From NCBI GenBank assembly GCA_965285935.1, contig OZ260666.1, positions 30,690,001-30,754,000 of the forward strand: a stretch of 64,000 bases of DNA, in the 5' to 3' direction. A program made the position numbers and the translations under genes. Below the pieces are notes generated by a model, which worked only from the letters and a program-made list of their open reading frames with translations, was not told where the DNA came from and made no database searches. This document shows positions 49,306 through 63,330 of this stretch, piece after piece. This DNA is from Ophelia neglecta. Taxonomy: Eukaryota. Within the stretch, counting starts at the first letter, position 1; the number at the start of each line of letters is the position of its first letter.

Positions 49306-50349
49306 CCTTTCATAACATAAGTATCCTCCATAGTAAGGAAGCTGAATACATGAATGTGAATACGGGAGTAGACGCCGAACAGACAACCCAAAATCAATGA
49401 TTAAATGAATTCTGTCCGGTAGGTATCAACATGAAATCAGTGTGCGTTTGCTCACACTTTGATTGAACGATCGTCCATCTGTTGGAGAGGAATAAGAATA
49501 GAAAACAAGACAAAGTCACATAATTCATATCCCTCCCATATACTTCAAATACAGTAGATTTCATGCATTGCATTTTGTCTTTGTTTGCAATTTCTCAACT
49601 AATTGCCTTATTACAGTCTCCCAGCATGTAATAAGAGAATTTTCATTTTAAGATTAAAACAAACAATTATTACGTATATTCGACTGTGTGGAATACTTAC
49701 TTAATTTTCTTCTTTAAATCACGCCTGTGGATGAGAATCATCAACTCTCCTCATATAAGACTTATGCCCGAATAATCTCCTTTTTTGAAGCGTACAAAAA
49801 ATGTCCATTTCTTCCATCAATGTCCAATGGAAAATTAATCCTGTGTCATATTGAGCATTTCACCTGTGGCAAATCGAGATAGGACTATCAATAATTAGGC
49901 TTGTTGTTTGGATCAACTCTGCCCAGACGTCTACAGAAGTAAACACCTCTGACCTTCATTAACCACTAATTGCCCTGCCAGTTTCTGTGTTAGTCATGAA
50001 GTTGTGCTCAAGACAAGCAGACTTGTGCTAAGCCACCCTTATTAACTTCCAGACCGGAAATATCGCCGCGACAGATCAACTGCTGCTGAATAGCGCCCGC
50101 TGTACGCTCAGCGGGCGTTGAGAAGAGCAGCGTCCAATTCCTTACAGTTTCCATATTCAATATGCTCACTTATTCCAGTCACGACGGCTCCCGCTGTCCT
50201 ATTCTGTATTGTTTACTTATAAGAATCAATTTTCAATTTTTTTGTTTCCGTATTCTATTCCTTGATACGATTATAATAAAAATTGTTTAAATCGTCAAAA
50301 CGCCTACGTTGAATATTTCACGATTTAATATTCACCAATTGTTGTCAAT

Positions 50350-50630
50350 TTTTGAAAATGGCCTTAACATAGTTACGATGTCGATAGGAAATAAATTCTA
50401 GGGGTCATTTGATATCGCCTGGTGTCATGGGATCTGTTGTGGACGGCTCAGGTTCGCCAGTTCACGATTCGATTTTGAGCCTTTGATAAATAATTTGGGT
50501 ATGAAAATGGCCTTACATTGTGTTTACTGATATGAAAAGAGTTCTAGATGCCATTTGGCATCGAATGGTTTAAAATGGATTGAATAGGCCTATTAAACAC
50601 CCAGGTTGATTATTTCAAGATTCTATTTTA
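50350..50630. repeat. Diverged two-unit tandem duplication (~150-bp period)
   Basis: TGAAAATGGCCTTA...TTCTAG..CATTTG..ATCG..CAGGTT..GATTC.ATTTT occurs twice, starting at ~50353 and ~50502. Confidence 0.45.
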
Positions 50631-53600
50631 TTAGATAGTCTCTTCACCGTCTGCTGCCTTCTGGTGGTGACGTCATCGCCGAAAGCAGGCCAAGCGTCAT
50701 TTGATTTCTGGGCAAATTAGCGTTCACCATGTGAGCGTGGCGGACATGCATTGATTACAAATTCAACGTTTTTTTTAATCACCACTAGTCTCCACACTTT
50801 TTGTTGCTGGCATAATATAATATATGATATTACCAGCATACAAAATAGGATTAAATAATATATTCAATTACTTTTTACTTTTAATTCTTTACATTTTAGT
50901 TTTTCAAATTAATGTTTTGTCGGAATAAACTCTTTACCCCTATTTATTGATAAGAGCAGTAGCAGATATGCCTTGAGGATTTATACGTTAAGTACTTGAA
51001 ATGGCAAATACACGGGCATCTAGGTTATCTGACACTTAAGTATAGGAATGTATTAAAGTTAGCGAATCAGCAGACGCCCCAAAAGTACCTTACTTTAAGA
51101 ATTCAGTATCTGTCTGCAGACTCAAAATGAGCGTCAATGTCTCAGGACAAGAATCTGAATGAAGACATTGACGGAAATTATGGCAAATTGAGAATTTTAA
51201 GTTTTTGTGGACCTACCCCTAATAGAAAAATACCTTTAGCATTATTTGCAGCACTCACAAACATAATGCCTTCATTAAAAACATACCTGAGATCATCCCT
51301 TCAAATAAAGAAAAGGATGGTAAAGAAACGCCTACTTACGCTCGAATTCAGTAAATTTGACGGAAAGAGCACGCAGGCGCTTGCCGTTTTCAGTCAAGTC
51401 GTTTCGTGATAATTCAGTGGAGCAGTGAAACCAGTGTCTACCGGACGTGGGAATTACACCATTTTACGTTTCTAGGACAACTAAATATATTGCGGGGTCC
51501 GCCATGGGTTAATAGTTCAAGCCTATTGTGTTTCGTCCCTGTTGATTTCAGCCCCACAGCCTCGATAACTAGGCGTTAAAGGCTATGGCGGTAACGAACA
51601 TTGCTGTGAAAATATTTTATAGCTTAAGTAATATATCGTCAAAATGGCCTAAGAGACATGGGGTTTTATTTATCAAAATGATCGCCTGGCAAATCTTTTC
51701 GTCCTATTAATATTACTAACATGAATCAAAAGTATTCTATGCGAGCGGGGACTAAAAATCACTATTGATGTGAAAAGGATGCAAATTTCTAGTTATAATC
51801 AGTAATGTAGAACAGCTTTTGTTATCTCAAAATTATGGAATGTCACGCATGCCATTTTGATATCAGTGACGTTAGTGCCTAAAAATGATAAATGCGTTCG
51901 TATGTATCCACTTCATTGTGAGCAGTCCTCCTCCCCTGCCCTGGGGAGGGAGGGATGGGGGTCCCTGAGATGGACACTGACAACATTCCTCTATGTTTAT
52001 AATCGCTAACTGCAGGATGTTTAGTCGAATAGTTCCTGGCCCTCTAAACCCGGTTAAAGTCTTAAAATATTGTCTTTCCAGGTCACGTGTATCACAGTGA
52101 CAGTCTTCCGTATTGAGATGCCTTGAATACCACGATAGACTTTGTCCCTGATTTTGGTTTTACTGCTTGGTATCAATTAATTTTTGTTCAAAGGACATAG
52201 GCCTTGTTCGAACGTGATTACCTTACCCTGCAGTTCATTCTGTCGGAAAGGAACCTGAAGCGGAGAAAATACAGTAATACAAAGTATATGAGAACCGTGT
52301 AAAAAGAAGCGGCCTCGAGTTAAAAACATATCTGATTAAACTGAGAACGCGTTTAGGGGAACCTACTTAGAAGTCATAGCTGTGCATAATACTTTTTTTT
52401 TCCCGAATCAACACCAAAATATCATGCTGTACGTAGGAATACCTCGTTGTATTTGCCATTCATTATTGCACATGAAATGTGTCCACTTTTGCGTCAGCGA
52501 CAATGTGCATTTCCATGCATTTAGTTCAGGCTAAAGAACGAAGGTTCCTAACGTTACTGAGCACAGATAAGTTGCCGCTTGCTAAAACCTCTTTTGAGCC
52601 TAAGGAAGAAAATATATATACATGTACTATCGAGATACGAGATCATACCTGACATTTCTATTTTAACATTTCAGTCGTTTCCTAAAATGATATGACGTGG
52701 CATGTAAACTTTGTTTTTCGCCGGATCAATGTTAAATGGGTTTACAACCAGCTAGCATTATTCGGTCAGGGTAACCTGAGTTTCTTGTTGTATTATCAAA
52801 TAGTGCTGACTGTATACCTTTCGATTTTCGGGGGTCTTCCTATCAGACATATTTTATACAGTTATAAGCATGAGAGGGAATGTGATACAATGTTTATGGT
52901 TGAGACTCCCCAACCAAGCAAAGAAAACTATTAGTGTGTAGGAGTCAAACGTGTAGGTTTATTTTTGTCGGAACAGTAGCCTTTCATCAGTCTGTTTTGA
53001 TCTCATATAGATAGAGTAGCCTTTCTCCAGTGTGTTTTGATCTCTCCTGGTGTTCTCATGTTTATAAAGGCTCTCGATGAGTGTGACCGGAGAGAATCTG
53101 CTAACCTTAAACCGTCCATTTAATAAGTTTTTAAAAATGATTTTATGCTATTTTACACAATAACCTCGGCTGAATTGATCATTACAACTGTGATCGTTAC
53201 AACAGTTTTTTTTTACGGATTTCTGCTTTCGATTCATTTTCTGCATCAAAACGTCTCCAAATCGGAACCAGTATTAAGCAGCATAATTTGTTGTAAAGCT
53301 TGCAGCTTATATAAAGACACAACAATTATAACTGCGTGACTTGTCTCATAACTCAAATAGGGGTCATTGTGGGAGGCGGGATCAATGTGACATCATATCG
53401 GTCAATTATATGCCATGCAGTCTCTTGGACTCTCATGTTTTCTAACTGCATCATGTGCCTATGAAACATCATAGGAAAATATACTTCTTCATGCCGATGA
53501 CAAGCGGTTATACCTATCATTTTTAAGAAATGAATAATGCTCCGATAAAATGAAAATGTGGATCTTGGAGATGAGATCATGCATGGATGGGATATATCTT

Positions 53601-56600
53601 CTGTCAGTTAATTAATCATAAACAGAGTTTCTTTTCATTGAAAAAAAAACAGTGAAAAAACTCCTCTACATACCATCTGCATCCGGGAATCTTGATGATC
53701 ATCGGTGCCATATGTTACTTTGACAGTACTCCCTATATACCAAAGCAGGGAGCAGACGCTTTTAAAGTGGCAACTTGCCACCTTTGAAATTAATGTGCCA
53801 CTTTGTCAGGATTCCTGGTACCTGTTTAACAAGAGCCCCCGGAAAATAAAATGCCATGCCATGCCAACTTCAAAACTGAGCTCATTAAAACACAGTTCTA
53901 TGAGCTGCCTGATTCTTTTGCTGAACGCTGTAAATTCGGCCACTTGTGCAGATTTTACCAGTGATATATTCGGGGAATTGTGTGCACATTACATATACTA
54001 TATCGCGCCCTCAAGTTGTAGGCGGTGAGGCAGGTGATACGCTTCAAAGTAGGTCGTATGACGTACAAAGCCAACAAGGCACTGACCGTGTCATAATATC
54101 CCCTGTCAGAATATCACGGAATACTTAGCAGAATTCTAAGATGGGCTACCTGGCTAAAGCTTTACCATCTCCCTGCTCACTGTAACACGAGTTACTTGCC
54201 TGAGCTCTTAGTGCCACACTACCTAGTTAGGGTCATCACCTCCCTTCTCACTACACCACGGGTCACGAAGAAAACTACGTCTCTGCTGTGAAAGAGATTA
54301 CCAGATGATGAAAGCCTTACGCCCGGATATTAAAAAACCCCAAAGACCACCTAAAGTTAAAAAAGTATTTCTAGCGCACCGGGCGTCTTCTTCCATATAA
54401 TCGCCGCACAAATACTTTTTTTATGATTTTGCTTATGAAAAAAGGCGACCGCCGGCATATAGCAAGCAAAAAACAAAAAGAAAGTCGCCCACTTCCCACC
54501 TCAGTATGTTCTGGTGTGTGAATAGAAACCACCAACCTCTAATGCATGGCGCTATAATAAACAAAATAACTTGCTTCCCACTCTCTATGTACCATTGGTT
54601 CAAGGACTATTTCAAATTTTCTCCTAATCACAGTCAAATTAAAGAGATTATCATGGCAGACATAAAGCCTTTACAAACAAAGTGAAAATGGTTACATTAA
54701 GGGAAGGAATTAAAACTAACACACACTTCTTTTATATATGCTTTAGACTTTCCATACATTCATGCAGCACAAAGAAAACCTCCCGCCCTCACAATTTAAT
54801 TCATGTTGAAAATAAAAACCCTCTCGACGTCACTAGATAATTATAGTGCCAAATAAGAAGAAGACAGTCAACCGCCCGCCCTCGCCTTATGGTTCATATG
54901 TATAAAAAGCGCCCTCGCTACTCTTATGAAAATAATCACCTGCATTTAGGACATAAAAATAAGAGGAAAATCGCACCGTCTTATTTTCTACAAGAAATTG
55001 CCTGAGAATCGCTTTATTAACTTTTGGTTATGGACATATCTTTTGCGGAAAGCTGTGAGTTATTATTAGTATGAACAGCATAACACTTACAGTGGTAATG
55101 ATTCCTATCATTGAATACCCAATGTCAAAATTATATTCACATTGGCCCAAAGAGAACTTAGCCAGTCATCAATATACTATATTATGAGGCAAGTGATTTT
55201 GAAATATACGAATTATAATATGAAATAATATACAGAATCCGGTACATGGACCTCATTCCTTTCTCCTTTAACTGTATTGATATGTGATAATATCGGTTTT
55301 ATTCATTTAAATGTTTTATTTATTAAGAGTGGTATAAATACGGATGGGATTACGGAGTTACAGGAATGAGTCGGACTGATGTTAAAAGCGCGTGGCTTAT
55401 ACTTTGTCCTATGATCAATAGGCAATGCAATAATATCTAACCATTAGTAGGCCAAACTATGTGTTATTGAATGGTAATCAGATATTATATTAAAAAAGAC
55501 GAGATCAATTAAAAGTTGTAATAAATTATCGGTCGACACGACGTTAAGAGTTCACAGCTTCGAACCCTAAAGAGTATTCACTCACAAACAGCATACGCCG
55601 TTAAGCTGGGCCGCGGATTGCAATATTAAAAATCGCCGTTTTCCATAAAGGGTTTGGCTGTCCGAAACCAGCCTTGACCAAGAATGCCCCAGCACAAGAC
55701 ACCCATGGCGAGAATGGTTATCACGATCGCTGCGAACACAAGTGAGCCAACCATGGAAACGTGCTTACTGAAAAATAAACAGGGGTCACATTAAACTTAT
55801 TTGTGTTCCTTTATTTGGCATTGTGAAACAGGTAACTTAATGTTTGCTATCAAAATCTTTTTTCGTTGGATTCCAGCTTTTAATAAAACACCTATCAGTT
55901 ACATTATATATACCACTTGCGATCATGTATAAGGGAAAACAACTCATATAACTGTGCAAAGCTCATGTAATCAGAGCATATAGTTAGAGTAATTAGTAAA
56001 TACTATTGTGAATTCTTACAATTCCTCTGTGTCATAGCAACAAATCTCAGCATATTGAAGTCCGCAGCAGTATATGTAATCGTCTGGCTCAAAAGGAAGT
56101 GGGCAGGTAAACAGACCGAAATATGTGCCATTATGGTGAACGTCGTAATTGGCACACACTAATGACCCTGAAATGACAAGAGCGTTAATATTACTGGGTC
56201 ATTACTGTGAATCAAATTAACATTATAACATGCGTGTCCAACTAAAATAATGGTATGCCTTCAATTAGGCCTACAGCGTTTATAGCCATTACGTGGCAAC
56301 TAGTAATTACTATAGCCTCGTTTTGATAATATGGACCGATACCCTGTGTAAAGACTAATACGCAGCTTTGAAAAAAAGATAACAGTCTAGTTTTAGCAAA
56401 AAAACAAAAAAACAAAAAAAAAAAAAACGTAATAGTTGCCCAGAACACAGATTTTTTTTCAGGAATTGTTTTATTTTCGAAACAGAACCTGATAACAGGA
56501 AAATAATGCTTTATCTAGAGTAATCAAAATTTTGACAGTGCCAGCTAAATTAAACATTTCGGTTGACCTTCTATCCTTACGTCATGAACACAATGGACTA

Positions 56601-57907
56601 TCATCGAAACCTTAAAAGAGCCTACAATCGAGATAAACAACATAGAGACTCATTTCTCACCATTGTTCAAATTTCTTTGCATCATATCGTAGCTATTGGT
56701 ATTAATATACTGCAAATAATGTCTAGGATAATATTCCTCAAAAATGCCCAAGGGAAAATTAGTATACGCTCCGCTCATGTTTTTGGGACTTTGGGACCTG
56801 CAATGGAATAAACAAATATATTTACAAGAAACGCGACACGCATCGTTTAACTATTACATTAATCATCTATACCACCTTGTACAATCAACTTAAAGGTGTA
56901 TAGCTATTAATATTAAACCCAGTCGGTGACATGTGCCTTCTGTACTGGTACGTTGTTCATTCACGATTGGTGTTATTAGCGTTTAAGGCGGTGAATTCTT
57001 CTATAATTTCAGTTTACCGTTGGTTACACATACCATCATAAGGATCAAGAAGTGGGAAATAATGCACGGTTTTATCTTGTTGAAAGGCAAAAAACCGTGA
57101 GTTAATCATGAAGCTTAATCTGCACTCAGACTACGGGCGCTCCAAGGGATAAGCTTTCCGCGTAAAGGGCGGGTAATCACAGGTAAAGATTTAACAATCT
57201 TGACACCGAGAAACATTTTTTTAAATTTATAATAATGTGCGTGCTTAAACTTTGCCAATGACAATGTTAATATCTTTTCTATACTAGCATATGTAGTATG
57301 CTTTTAAGTTATTTTAAGCATCAATGAAGGCCAAACAGTCATAGGCCAATTTTTGTTAAATTAGGTCAATATTTTAATTATCTCATGCCTGTAAAATCCA
57401 ACTGTCTGAGGGTCCTTGGATTCTATATCATTGGCGCTTTTGGGCTGAGGATCGTCCCCACCGCGACGTCTGCCTCGACAGGTCACATGATGGGCTGTGG
57501 GTGGAAAAAGTGTAATATATAAAGCACGCATATCTGTTTAAATAACATGCAAATGTTTTTCCATCAGGCCTATTGTCTTTCATTGATTTAACAATAAAAT
57601 TTAATAGCTCCTTCATAAAACAAATCTGACTTATACTGTGCAATAAGTAGACCACCATGTTGGCAACATGTAGGCTACAATTTGAAACATTGAAATAAGA
57701 CTCTCTATTTTGACCTCAATTTATTTTCAGCTTAAAGGCTATAACCGAGTGGCAAGAGATCGATGCAAGTCAACTTAAGGTGTTCCCAATAGCGCCTTGC
57801 CTGTAAGCGGCTCGAGGTTCATGGTTCTTATGGCCTCGTGGCCATACTGTCAACAACCATCATAATATCAAACTGTAGAGGTGTCATTAGACAATTTACT
57901 TGGCTCA

Positions 57908-58048
57908 NNNNNNNNNNNNNNNNNNNNNNNNNNNNNNNNNNNNNNNNNNNNNNNNNNNNNNNNNNNNNNNNNNNNNNNNNNNNNNNNNNNNNNNNNNNNN
58001 NNNNNNNNNNNNNNNNNNNNNNNNNNNNNNNNNNNNNNNNNNNNNNNN
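57908..58048. other. Assembly gap (141 N)
   Basis: Run of N characters. Confidence 1.
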
Positions 58049-60293
58049 CCAGTCAAAATACATTCATAATTACTTTAAATTTTATTTACAAACAATTTTT
58101 ATATGAGATCTACACTTTAAAGTTCCAACGAAATAAGTGAAAGGAGGACATGATTACAGCTACAAAGCGCTTTTAACGTAAAATGTGAAATATATATATA
58201 TAACTACCGACAATGACATAAGGCAGTTTTCAGTGTTATCTCTCTAAAAAAAATGTTAGTGGAGGAACAGTGTATTCATTTGGTATTTCTCGTACCCTTT
58301 ATAGCATGGGGATGGTCAATAGAATTATACAATGTATTACTCCTAAATCTTATCTCTGCCTGTGGCACGTAGAAACAGCCCTGTTGCACATAGGACCATT
58401 ATTCGTGAACGTCTGAATTTATGCCATAGTTTGCATTGGAAATGAGATTATTTTGTAACAGGAACAAGAATTCGCCTCCGCTTTCATACACTTTAAGCTC
58501 AACTTTAGTAAATTGATACATACAAAGAACTAACATTCGCCAAATGTTTATCGTTATATTTGTATCGTAAACTTTTAGAAACTCCCCCAGAGAGTCTCAT
58601 AGACAGATATGAAATATTTATTGCTAACAATTCCTATGTCCAAACTTCAATACCTTCACAACACAAGGAGATGTCCCAGTGAACCCTACATTGGCGTCCC
58701 TGTATATGTACACTGGCGGAGTGATTTTAATCACATCATTATTTCCTTTTTTATTTTCGCAGGAGGGGGGTGGGGGGTGGGGGGTGGGGGGGAGTAGGGA
58801 ATGAATTTTCCAATCACACTCAGCTCGAAAACATTTGTTTGGTATAAACTATGGAGACTTATTTAGTAATACGTGTACACTATTTGATAAAGAATTGAAT
58901 AAATCTGTCAGATATCTCCATTTGGTGTTCTCATTATGGAAGTTTCATGGAAACTTTAATATTTTAATTAACAAACTTCTTAAGATTGTGCTGCATTATA
59001 GTACTATGTCTACCAGCTGCACCTGACTGTCTTGAGTTATTATGTACGGTCTTGGGCATGTCCCGCAGGCTATTCTGGGCACACAATCATCTGCACTCTG
59101 AATAATAAGTCAATCATACTTACATATTTCCGAAATTAATACCAACAATGACCACATGTGTTGTTTTATCTCCATCACCACGGCTTGCAGCTTTGTACCG
59201 TAAAAAGGAACACAGCTCCGAGAAACGAGTTTGATACAGCTGGCGTATTTTCCATGTATTTTCTGGTACTAATTTATATTAAAGTACATTTTAGGTGTCT
59301 GTGATTGAGACAAAACCTGACCACATTCTCTCCGCAGATCGTGAAAAAAACACCCTGAAACTGGAGCAAACCAGTCAATAAAGGGCGCTTTCCAATATTA
59401 ATCAAAGCATAGCTAAATAAAGCCCGATTGACTCTTTTCCAGCACTTTCACCCCGAGCGACTGGGCGATTACTAATATTCACGCCACATACGTCGTTGTT
59501 TAAAACGCCAACATGTTCCAGATCTATATGCATGAGGTATTTTAGTCAATGATATATGGTAAGCCATTCGCAGCCCTTGTGACCCGTTCTTAAACTAAAT
59601 AAATACGTATAGCCCACTATTGGTCTTTTAAGTCTGACATAATGTTCACTTTGTGAGATCCAGTCCACTGGACTGTAAACTTAGATGTCAATATTTGAGG
59701 AAGTTCAGTCACGCTATGCACGCTCTAAGCACTAAACTCACGTAAGGTAATATTTATTTCAAAGAAAACCATCAATATCAAAGCCCTATAAGTCATGTCA
59801 ATGAAACTTAAAAAAAAAAAAATGTGATTCGTTTCCTGGGCTATTTTGAATATCTTACAAAACAGGGAAAAATACAGTCAAATAAGTATAATGATATGCA
59901 TTATGTATGGTTCGGCAGTTTTTTTTTGTGGCTACTGCGAGACGCAAAACACATGATAAAATCATGCCCACACATGCTTCTTGTTTAGTCTCCCTCCCCC
60001 CCTTCCAAGTTATGCCTGTTGATGGACATGAGTAGTACACACACCTGTACTGCAGTGTTTGCAGTAGAAGCAGAAGCTTGCGTAAAGTACTACTAACTTA
60101 CCTTATAAAGCATGCGCAATTCATCTATTTTGTTTGTAGTCCTCCTGTATAAAGTTGTAGCCTGAAGCTACTGGTTTTAGTTATGTGTTTTGTTTACTAT
60201 GAAATACAAGGCACAACCACACATATTAACAATGCCCAATCCATAGCCGAAATGACAGTTGTATCCAATCGGACACGTTGATCTTTGTTCAAC

Positions 60294-60320
60294 CATAGAT
60301 ATAGATTATACATATCTATG
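60294..60320. mobile_element. 27-bp palindromic micro-MITE with 7-bp target-site duplication
   Basis: GTTCAAC | CATAGATAT-AGATTATAC-ATATCTATG | GTTCAAC: 9-bp TIRs and a direct repeat at 60287-60293 and 60321-60327. Confidence 0.7.
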
Positions 60321-60429
60321 GTTCAACCTAGAAATTTAACATTTCTTCCACCTGAGGTCCTTTTTATTCGTGGTTGTAAACTCCCACCTTTATAGATCGT
60401 AGATGAAGATTATCATAGTTGGCTAGTGA

Positions 60430-60930
60430 CACATTGCCCGGGAGACTTCAACGCCATTTCATAAAAACGGGGTGAATTTGTTGTCCTGATTCCTCGGTAA
60501 TACGAGGAAGGCATTAATGACATCGGTCATCACAGAACTGACAGGCAATCCATTTATTCAAATCCTGTCATTCAAAATTTACGGTAATGCGTTATCATTG
60601 AATTTCTGAATAGGAATTTGGGTAGAATAAACACATATCTTTATAATTGGAAGAATATTTTGTTTAGCTAATAAGGGACCACAATTCGTACAATATAAAG
60701 ATGAGTTCAGGATTCTTACAGCATTCTTCTGAAGTCTAACTATAGACTCAATAAGAAAATCACAAGCTGTGCCCCACACTTCAACACAAAATGTAAAGAA
60801 GGGGTAATGAACATGTAATAAGAAAATATTACGTACGAGTATGCAAATAACTGTGAACAAATGTTTCTTTCTTTTCGGCATATACGAAATTACATGAATT
60901 AAGACGCTAGCTATTTTCCAATACAATTAA
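60430..60930 (-). mobile_element. Decayed CR1/L2-group LINE, post-RT fragment
   Basis: ORF 60579-60926 contains HYPFFTFCVEVWG...LQKNAVRIL...PLLAKQNILPI, typical of LINE ORF2 downstream of the RT core. Confidence 0.7.
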
Positions 60931-62989
60931 ATTAGTGCAGATGCTTATAAGGGAAGGAATATACCATATCTCAGCAAACTAATTCACAAAACCCACCAAA
61001 AGCATAATATATTAGTCGGGTTTAGACTCCAGATAATATTTAATGTATCATTTCTGTCGTACTATTTACGACTATGTTACGGTGTTTTTGACCCAAATTT
61101 TCCTGGTGCTGTGGCCTGAGTTATTTGAACCAGGATTTGATTTCATTTGTAGGTAAGGTTCCTGATAATATTGAATCTTATTGGCCAATATTTCCGAAAT
61201 TCGTCAGATCATGAATTAGTCATAAAGTTTATTTTTATACCATGCTTAAGGTTCAATTGAATGTTGTCCAAATTGAAGGCAGAATATATAAAACAATATG
61301 TATCAAACTATTTACGGTACTAGAGGTGCAAAACAGCAACCAACAAAGTTGATAACATCAGGGAACCAACTGTTTAAAACGAGATTATCGGCGAGTGAAG
61401 AGGAGAGGTGAGATAAAGCACTCGAGTTGCCCTGCCGATATGACGGAGCCGTTTAGCTTGTAATGGCATTGCCATCTATTGGCTGCCCACACAACACGAG
61501 GGCGGGTCGTGAGGTGATAAATCCCTAATCTTTAATTTACTAACCCACAATGGATGCATCGTGCCGCCTTTAGCCATGCGCGATCAAACATTTTCAATCA
61601 AAATAAATCGTAATGTATTCATTTCTTGTACGCTTGTTTGAAAATAATTGGATTTCTCGACCTTGAACAGGAAAGATGTTATGATATTTTCTTGCTGTGC
61701 ATGATTGTCTACGTTAAATATAAAGAATAAATAGTGCCGATATGTTTCTAATGGCCAGCCTACAGTCATGATATATTTATTTATTGTATTTGTACGCTGT
61801 CGATTAGAGAGAGATAATAACATGTGCTTCCCTTGCTCTTTGTCAGATTACAGAAGTGCGTCAAGCGATTCTCAACAAAGTCATATAAAGTATATATCTG
61901 GCGGGCGCAATGCTTCATTTTGGACTCTCAGTTTGCCATTGTTGTTTTAAATGACCCCCCTTGGGTACGGTTTTATGTGGATTGATAATGAGTTAACTAT
62001 GCTATGCACATGAATGGTGAAGGTGAAAGGGATTCGCAGACTAGCGCAGAACTTGGCCCTGATTTTGGATTTGCAATTTTCCAGAGATCTTTCACATCGG
62101 ACAAAGTGAGTTTTTGACTGATACACTACATCAAAATTGTATTCCTGGAATTAAATTTCTTAATTGGTTTGAGCATTCACGCACTGAAATTCTGTAGTTC
62201 TTAAACTTTAGTCGCAATTAAAGACTAACAATCAGTTTTTATTTTTCGCCGTAGTCAAATTGAATAATACTAATAAAGTTAATAAGTGATGCAATTTTTA
62301 GAAAACTAGAATGCCTAACTAAAAGCTCAATTATACACATTGGCAATGGGGTCTTAGTCGTTCTGTCATTTCAAAAACCAAAACATCGAACATCGATCTA
62401 AGGCAGTGTTTGTCAATAGATTTTTTTCAGTCTAGGTTATATTTTCTACAAAATATGGTTGAACACTAAATCAAACTTACCTATATAAGCCTAATATGCA
62501 TACTACATTTATGCAAAAGGTCGCATCTATAACTATATAGACCCAATACATTTATCTAAATTGTTAGAAAGGATCGTTCATTTATTTTTTAATCACATCA
62601 ATATGAAGACTAATGAAGAACAATGTGCAACCAGGCCTGTATTAGGTATGCAGTGATATGTATTCATAAGAGTTTTTATTCATAAGTTTATTATATACAG
62701 CTATTCTCAAATATGGGAAATATAATTCTTAGCTGCGCCCATATCATTTGCACCCCAGAATGCTAGCCAACACTACAAAAACATTTTGATAACTATATTC
62801 TGATATTGCTTTCCACCGACAGGGTGAGGGTTGTTAAATATTGACCTTCATATTTCTCAAGTTAGTACTGGTGTCCCCGTCCTCATTGATATTATGAAAC
62901 AATTCACCTAAAATATGTTTGCCCAAACCCTGAGCTTACGTTGGTAAAAAATGACAACACCCCCAAATGTTGGCATCTCGTTGGTTTGC

Positions 62990-63330
62990 TACTGGCAATG
63001 TCAGAACATCTTCCCAAGGTACTAAGGACGAGACTGGTCACTGCTGGTGATAAGAGCTTTCTCCATTTATGGACCGGAACCAATTTTCTGGAACCAATTT
63101 CTAAGCAGCCTGAGATCTATTGATTCAGTTGAAGCCTTATAATCCAGCCTAAAGACTCATTTCTCGGAAATTCCGGAAATTTATGCGTGCCACTAATTTC
63201 TTTAGTTCTGCTTTTAAATCCATCTTCATGTAGCTCAATTCGATTTCATTTGAAGTTCCACGCAGAATTTTTAATTGTAAAGCGCCCTAGAGCTCATAAA
63301 CGAGGAGCGTTCTAAAAAGAGCTAAATCGA
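62990..63330 (+). mobile_element. Decayed L2 LINE 3' end
   Basis: RTRLVTAGDKSF, then frameshifted LRSIDSVEAL*SSLKTHF, followed by the L2-type tail TGTAAAGCGCCCTAGAG...GAGCGTTCTA. Confidence 0.65.

Noticed and set aside
44536-49320. Identical short ORFs MFLLPVTSL... at 44536 and 49120
   Set aside because: These are translations of the two LTR copies from a GTG start, not genes.
52940-53045. Possible Penelope-type hammerhead ribozyme (minus-strand CTGATGA) within a 40-bp-period duplication
   Set aside because: The second core reads CCGACAAA rather than CGAAA and the stems cannot be completed. At most a decayed remnant.
57838-58140. ORFs containing long X runs
   Set aside because: Artefacts of the N gap.
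855-58800. Many poly-G/poly-C tracts (e.g. 855, 2781, 17850, 26325, 32327, 42668, 58765) as functional G-quadruplexes
   Set aside because: Many lie within MITE-like remnants and homopolymer lengths are error-prone. There is no positional pattern.
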